In this document: piece by piece, positions 58,369 through 64,000 of the stretch
Position numbering within the stretch: the stretch's first letter is position 1
Layout: every line of letters starts with the position of its first letter
Source: Blastocladiella emersonii ATCC 22665
Taxonomy: Eukaryota; Fungi; Blastocladiomycota
Direction of reading: 5' to 3'
DNA length: 64,000 bases
Assembly (NCBI GenBank): GCA_025594325.1
Contig: JANHCV010000013.1
Location: 1,116,001-1,180,000 of the forward strand
Position numbers and translations under genes: made by a program
The notes under the pieces: generated by a model
Database searches by the model: none
Told to the model about the DNA's origin: nothing
What the model saw: the letters and a program-made list of their open reading frames with translations, nothing else

Positions 58369-59449
58369 ATGATCCTGCTCGCGTACGCGGTCGACCACGC
58401 CGTCATCAACAACATCCCGCCGGCGGACAAGGCGAACCAGATCAACGGCCTCAAGCTGTACGTACCTGAGGGCACGACCAAGGGCGAGCTCATGGTCGCG
58501 CTCTTCCACTCCACGTCCTCGGCGCTGTGGAGGAAGATCTGCGAGTCGTACCGCGCGTGCGTGCAGGCGCCCAAGTCCAAGTCGATTGTGACCGAGGCCG
58601 ACGAGTCGCTGTACGCGGACCCGCAGGCGACGGGCGTCATTGACGAGCCCGACTACCTGCCCGTGTGGCTCGCCGCGCCGACCGAGGCCAACGACCAGCG
58701 GCGCAAGCAGTCCCGCGGTTTGAAGCAGGGCGCCGAGTACGACCGGCTGATCCGTTACATGCGGGTTTCGCCGCTGCTTGCGCTCTGCACCCAGCACAAT
58801 GTAGCTGCTGCGCAATCGTCCAAGTTCCTCGCCAATTACCCGATCGCGCCGCGCGAGCTCGCTGACGCCAACATTGTCATCCCCTGTCTTGCCCTCCGGG
58901 AGCCCGCGCGGCGCGCTGACATGGCCGAGCTCACCGCGGCCGCCGTGAACTCGTGCAAGTCGGGCGACCTCGCGACTCTCATCGCCTTTGCGGGCCTGGC
59001 TAGTCTTTCCTCTGCACATCTCGCGCCCGTCTCGTCGCATTGCCCGGACAAGTTCTACCTTGTGAACTCTGGTACGCCTTTGAAACTCGCCCCATCAATT
59101 CTCTGACCCTACACCTCTCACACACCAATTGACTGATATAGGGACGCATGAAGACGAGGTGCTGCGCGACTACATGGCCGCCATCAAGGACTACGCCTTC
59201 ATCACCGCCACGATCCCCGCGCTCGGCAAGCTCACCATCAAGCCCAAGACGGTCAAGCGGCTCACCGAGAATTGGGACAGCGAGAACGTCTTCCGCGTCC
59301 GCCTCGCCAACTCGATTGGAAAGGGCGGTGGGCGTGGAGTCAAGGATGGGAGTCGAAGCCCTATTCGCGTCTTGGATGAGTTCTCGTTTGGCGCGGTTGA
59401 GGAGCTGTGGAGCGAGATGCAGCGCCAGCGCGTGCACCTGCTCTTTTAG
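58369..59449 (+). CDS. Hypothetical multi-exon protein, possibly 5'-truncated
   Basis: GC3-rich open frames 58351-59106 and 59129-59449 with GTACG donors. Begins immediately after the transposon end. No family recognised. Confidence 0.5.
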
Positions 59450-59668
59450 TGTGATTACTCGCGTACCTTAGTACACTCTCTCGCCTTATTACTCCTATTG
59501 GTGGCGCTGGTAGCCCGTTTGAGGTCAGTGAAGTGATTGAGACGGAGCCTTTCCATGACGGACCGAACAGCGCATTGGTGCAGTTGTGATGACCAGTCGC
59601 ACTTGCGTGTCGCTCGGTCAGATTCAGAGCGGTATTGCTCCCGTTGCGCGAGAAGCACGGCCGAGGGA

Positions 59669-59694
59669 GTGCGAGACGCGTCGCGAAAACACGT
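59669..59694 (+). promoter_or_regulatory. Bipartite element variant A
   Basis: gtgcgagacgcgtcgcgaaaacacgt, 80 bp upstream of ATG 59774. Confidence 0.6.
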
Positions 59695-59773
59695 TTGCGT
59701 CACGGGGCGCCTTGGCGCCACACGTCAGCGATGCCGATCGCCGCCGGCCAGCGCTCCCGCAGAACGAATCACC

Positions 59774-62755
59774 ATGGAGCTCAACGCAATCTTGCACTTA
59801 TGCGACTTGCCGCAAGACTTGTGCGACGCCGGCGTCTCGCTGACCGGGCCGAGCGCGCACCTCGCCGCGTCGTCGACGGTCCTTGCGGCGGCGGCCAACT
59901 CGGCGGCTGTGCGGTGCTCGTGGGCTCGCCGTGCAATCAGCTCGATCACGTTTGATGAGTACGTGACGGCCGAGCGCCCACCAGTCACTCGCTCGCACGT
60001 CCCGTGGTACCTTGATCCGCGCAAGGCGTCGCTCGTTGGGACCGATCTGGACCGCGACTGCCCGCTCGCTCGCCAGCTCCAGATCCCCTTCATGTGGTAC
60101 CTCAAGTCGCGGCTTGGCTACATGCGCCGCCACTCGCCTATCCACCACGGCTTCATCTATCCGGCCGTTGTTCGCGCGCGCTCGTCGCACCCGTTCTCGC
60201 TGGCGGTCGTAGATGCCATCTAACGGCGTGCAGTGCCCGGTGTTTCTCTCCTTGCCGGTGTCATTGAGACGCTCGACCGCCTCGTTCCGGCGACGTTTGC
60301 GCCGCTGCCCGATTGCGTCGGCCTGCGCTCGATCCCCGAGGGACTCGCGCTCCCGTTCTTCTTCCTGCACGTCAACGACATTGACTCGCTGCGCAGCTGC
60401 CTCGAGAAGCTGTACAAGCTGTACCCGGCGCTCAAGACCGACAAGGCACCGCTCCACGTGTGGGCGCGCGTGTGGCTCGACGAGCGCTCCGAGGTCCGCT
60501 CGTTCCTTGAGCTCGCGTCGAAAATCGACACCACGACGACGTTCCCCGTGGCGCTCGCCCTGGCGGCGCTGACTTCGTGGAATCTCGACGCGTTCGATGC
60601 CATCTTGCGGACCACGGGAAAGTCCCCGGAAGACGCTTACGACGAGGTTTCCGACATTTTCGGCGACAACCGCGTGCTTTCTCGCCCGCTCTTTTACACC
60701 ATCTGGTTCCTCCGCGGCAACGTCAAGGACGTGTGCACGCACGTCCGCGTGCTCAAAAAGTACTTGATCCACGGCGGCGACCTCGGCACGTGTATCTCGG
60801 GCTTCCTCGACCCCGTTTGCGACCCGGAGCTCTTTTACGCCTTGTACGACGAGTTTGACGCCCCGTACGTGACGTCGAGGATGACCAAGCCGACCGAGCT
60901 CGCCATCGCGTTCGCCGGCCAGCGCTTTATGGACCCGGCGTGGCGCGTCGCCAACTCGGGCCTGATGCACGGCTCGTGGCAGCGGCTTCTCCTCGCGACC
61001 CACGCCAACCCCGAGTCGTGCCGCGAATTCGTCTCCCTCATCGAGGACCACTTCCAGCCCAAGGAATATCGCGATCTCGCTCTCACGGGTACGATTTATT
61101 TATTTGAGGGATGCGTGAAACTGCAGCGCTCTCGGCTGCCTCAAACAGCACCTCTTGATGTACCCGGAGCTCCAAACCGCCGAGCTTCCGCTCTATCTTT
61201 GGGCGCGTCTGTGGCTCGACGAGCGCAAGTATCCGCGCGACTTTGTCACGGTGGCCACCAACCTCGAAATCGGTATAACTTCTGGCCAGGCGCTCGCGCT
61301 AGCGGCGCTATTCAAGTGGAACCCGACCGCGTTCGATGCCATCATCTCGACTTTGGATGCGAAGCTCGACCTGAGCAACTTTTTTCAAGGACCGCCGCGT
61401 GCTTCTCGCGCCGCTTATGGTGACCCTCCGCTACATCAAGGGCCACGTCGAGCCAACCTGTACTTTGCTCAAACGCCTCATGCGGCACCTGCAATCGATT
61501 CCCTCGGTCCCGCTCATCACGAGTTACCTTGACGAGCAATCCGACCCCGAGCTCTTCGTCGCGATTTTCGACGCCGTGGATGCTTCTCGTACCGAGCAAG
61601 CCAAAGGCCGCGTCGTTTCCGTGTCGTACGCTTTTGCGGCTCAGGGGCACGTTGTCCCTGCCATCCGACTTGCACGCGCCGGTGCATTGGACGAAATGAG
61701 GGATTTGGCTGAAGTGCTCATGCGAGTTCATGCTCAGCCGGGACCCCGCGCCGAGTGGGTCAAGTTTATCAAGGCTCTCAAACCGAGCAGTCGAGTCAAG
61801 GAAATTGCAGCGCACAGTACGTCATATTGCCGAGTCTCGCTCGCGCTCCTTCAACTAACCTCGATGCGCGGATATTGTAGCCATGGATCTCATGTTTCTT
61901 GAGAACACGCGCGAACACAAGATTCTTGATTACACGGGCGGGATCGACCTTCTTGGCCTTAGCGGTGCCGGCGAGCCGATTAAAATGAACACGGCTGAGA
62001 TGATTCGCACTTGGCGACTGCTCGGACTCGACGTACCCGATATGCTCGCGACCAGCGTCGTGCGAATGGTGTCTTCGCGCGAAAAATTTGGCGGAATCGT
62101 GGCCGCTGTTCCGATTGACGAGTTGCTTGCTACTGTGAAGCTCTTCTTTGACCGCGGTCAGGCTGGCTCTCACTCGCAAGTGCTTTCGTGCATCATTGCT
62201 CTCATGGTCTATCCTTCGAGTGAGCCCGAGTGGGAGCTCTACTTTGCTCAAGTCTCGAACGAACTGCTGGACGCTTTCATCGGCCCGCGCACCAAGTACT
62301 GGCCCCTCGCGCTGGCCTGCACCGCGGAATTCTCCCTCTACGGAAGGCTCATGCCCGGGTACTCGATCAACCTGTTCTACGGCGCGTTCAGCGCGCTGCT
62401 TACCATGCCCGGGGCTCCGGCCCGGCTTCCCAAGGTCTCGGCCGACTTGTTTGGGGTTTGCCTCTCCCAGATCCTTCACCGGTTCAGCAAGCACGCTTAC
62501 CTCGCGACCTTCATCACTGAGACCCTCGAACTGCTGATCAAACACGACGTGGCGTGGTTCGTCGCATGGGTGCTGCCGCAGGCGATGCGACACAACTTGA
62601 CGATGATCAACACCTATCTCGAGTTTCCCGACTTTGTGCTCGACCTCGTGACGCAGACGCCCGGCTGGCGCGAGGCGGCGGCGACCATCAGCGAGCCGCG
62701 CAAGTGTAATCCGGTCCTGCAGCTGATCGTTCACGCGTATCTGAGCGTCGACTGA
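59774..62755 (+). CDS. Multi-exon F-box-like helical protein with an internal ~250-aa duplication
   Basis: LHLCDLPQDLC. Repeat 1 YPALKTDKAPLHVWARVWLDER..ALALAALTSWNLDAFDAI..DPELF; repeat 2 YPELQTAELPLYLWARLWLDER..ALALAALFKWNPTAFDAI..DPELF. Frame break at T6 61380-61385. Confidence 0.7.
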
Positions 62756-62881
62756 GTTACGTCTCATGGTTGCCAGCGCGGCTACTTCCCTGGTCTGTCC
62801 TGGTTTGTTTGTAATTATAGCATTACTTTCTCTTGCTCCGCCGCCATCTCTCGACAGGCAATTATTGTGAGGACGACTCGC

Positions 62882-62905
62882 GAGACGCGTTGCGAAATCA
62901 TGTGA
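62882..62905 (+). promoter_or_regulatory. Bipartite element variant C
   Basis: gagacgcgttgcgaaatcatgtga, ~105 bp upstream of ATG 63011. Confidence 0.55.
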
Positions 62906-63010
62906 GTGAAGTGGAGCCAAAACGCGCGCGTTCCGGCCTTCACGTTCGCCTCGACGGCCTCACCCTCCCCACTGGCCTCCCATGCGAAACGAATGAAATA
63001 ACTCATTGTA

Positions 63011-63800
63011 ATGGATTCAGCGGCAGATTTTGTGCCGACGCAGACGAGCGCGACGACCATTCATGAAACTTTATCCGAACACGATGACCCGTTCCGCGGC
63101 ACACATGCCACCGACGCGTTCCTGTACCACGATGCGAGCCCTGCCGACCGCAGCCTCAGCGCCCTGTTGTGCGACTTCGGTGACTTGCGCTCAATCGCTC
63201 GTACTCTGGTCGAGGCCAAGCGCAAGGGTTCGCGGGCGAGCAAGTCGTTCACGCTCAACGAGCTAAGCGCCGAACCGATTGCTCGATCGCTTTTGATTCT
63301 TCACGCTCTCATGCACTCTGAGTTGGATAGTACGGTGCTGGATCGCTTCATTGGTCAGCTCTGGTTCTTGGACCATCTCAAAGTGTGCGCCGAAGCGTTC
63401 TGGCGAGCTCAGTTCGAAAAGTGCCTCAAGTTCGACTGGCTGGCAGCCGGCTCGCGGGTGCGCGTGTTTGATGACGCGACTCCCCGATCCCGGCCAAGTC
63501 CAAGACCTGGATCCGCGTGTAAGCGCTGTTCCAGCGCGCGGAGGGTCCGCCAGTTGTTACGCGATCAAGAGAAAGAGTTTTAGAATGGATGAAGAAAATA
63601 AAGCCAGATCACTTGCTTGCCATCCCACGCCACAGCTTGAGCGACTTGAATTTTGAGAAACAAACTCAACGCGAAGAGGTGACGCGATGCGCCACCGTTG
63701 AGATCACGCGGTGCTCGAGAGACGCCGCTCGACCCTGCCGGCGCCGATCGCCTCCCTTCCTACCTCACTTTCGCCGTCAACTACCTCGCCACACTTGATG
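63011..63800 (+). pseudogene. DUF4470-like protein, degenerate after ~63480
   Basis: SALLCDFGDLRSIARTL..FTLNELSAEPIARSLLILHAL resembles the LLxGCGDLRN..ND..ARNxLLL signature. Stops and frameshifts follow. Confidence 0.5.
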
Positions 63801-63824
63801 CAATGGATTCAGATGACCCCGTAT

Positions 63825-64000
63825 AAGTTGTGATGAGTACACCGCGGCGTTTGACGCGTGTGCGGCGGCCGTCGACTCCAAGTCGTGCCGGTACTTCGAG
63901 GGCGCGCGCGCGCTGTCCATGTCGCGGCGGCTGCCGGCGATCTGGGACGTCGAGGACATGCGCGACCTCGGGCTCAAGTCGCGCGGGTGCCCGTATTTCG
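63825..64000 (+). CDS. Fragment of XPD/FANCJ/RTEL1-family Fe-S helicase (DEAD_2 region), runs off window
   Basis: SCRYF..IWDVEDMRDLGLKSRGCPYF matches the family WDIEEL...G....CPYY motif. No upstream Walker A exon seen. Confidence 0.6.

Noticed and set aside
1-64000. tRNA/rRNA genes, Starship tyrosine recombinase, LTR or reverse transcriptase, viral hallmark genes
   Set aside because: No cloverleaf, rRNA signature, YR, RT or capsid motifs recognised by eye.

Overview
GC-rich eukaryotic DNA with short spliceosomal introns (GTACGY/GTGCGC donors, CTGAC/CTAAC branch sites, YAG acceptors). The gene set (S8/PA/fn3 subtilisin, ankyrin-like 'GHxxVLxWW' proteins, plant-like LRR ectodomains, CLP1) suggests an early-diverging zoosporic fungus (Blastocladiomycota/Chytridiomycota). 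That assignment is inference. The window is an accessory, rearranged region. (1) A ~4.86-kb near-perfect inverted repeat (12918-17775 / 26515-31372, one visible mismatch) encloses an 8.7-kb spacer with a secreted subtilisin gene. It sits inside an older, diverged mirror duplication (~3-13 kb vs ~31-39 kb). (2) An uncharacterised two-exon, ~700-750-aa F-box-like family occurs as about 10 copies or fragments. The ORF track splits each into two ORFs, but a conserved phase-1 intron joins them. (3) Other surface or ubiquitin-type genes: two F-box/ankyrin-like genes, single-pass membrane proteins, two LRR receptor-like genes with exact 72/144-nt LRR exons, an F-box/LRR gene and an F-box gene with an internal duplication. 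(4) CLP1 and a protein with two divergent forkhead domains. (5) Mobile DNA: a near-intact CACTA/EnSpm (Tnp2) transposase with a telomere-like subterminal array, a deleted relative with CAAAG arrays at both ends, a third array-ended insertion, and a truncated Helitron/PIF1 helicase. (6) A bipartite GAGACGCG-N9-10-CAYGTG element upstream of many unrelated genes. Many frameshifts fall in homopolymers and may be long-read consensus errors. All alignments were done by eye; no databases were searched.
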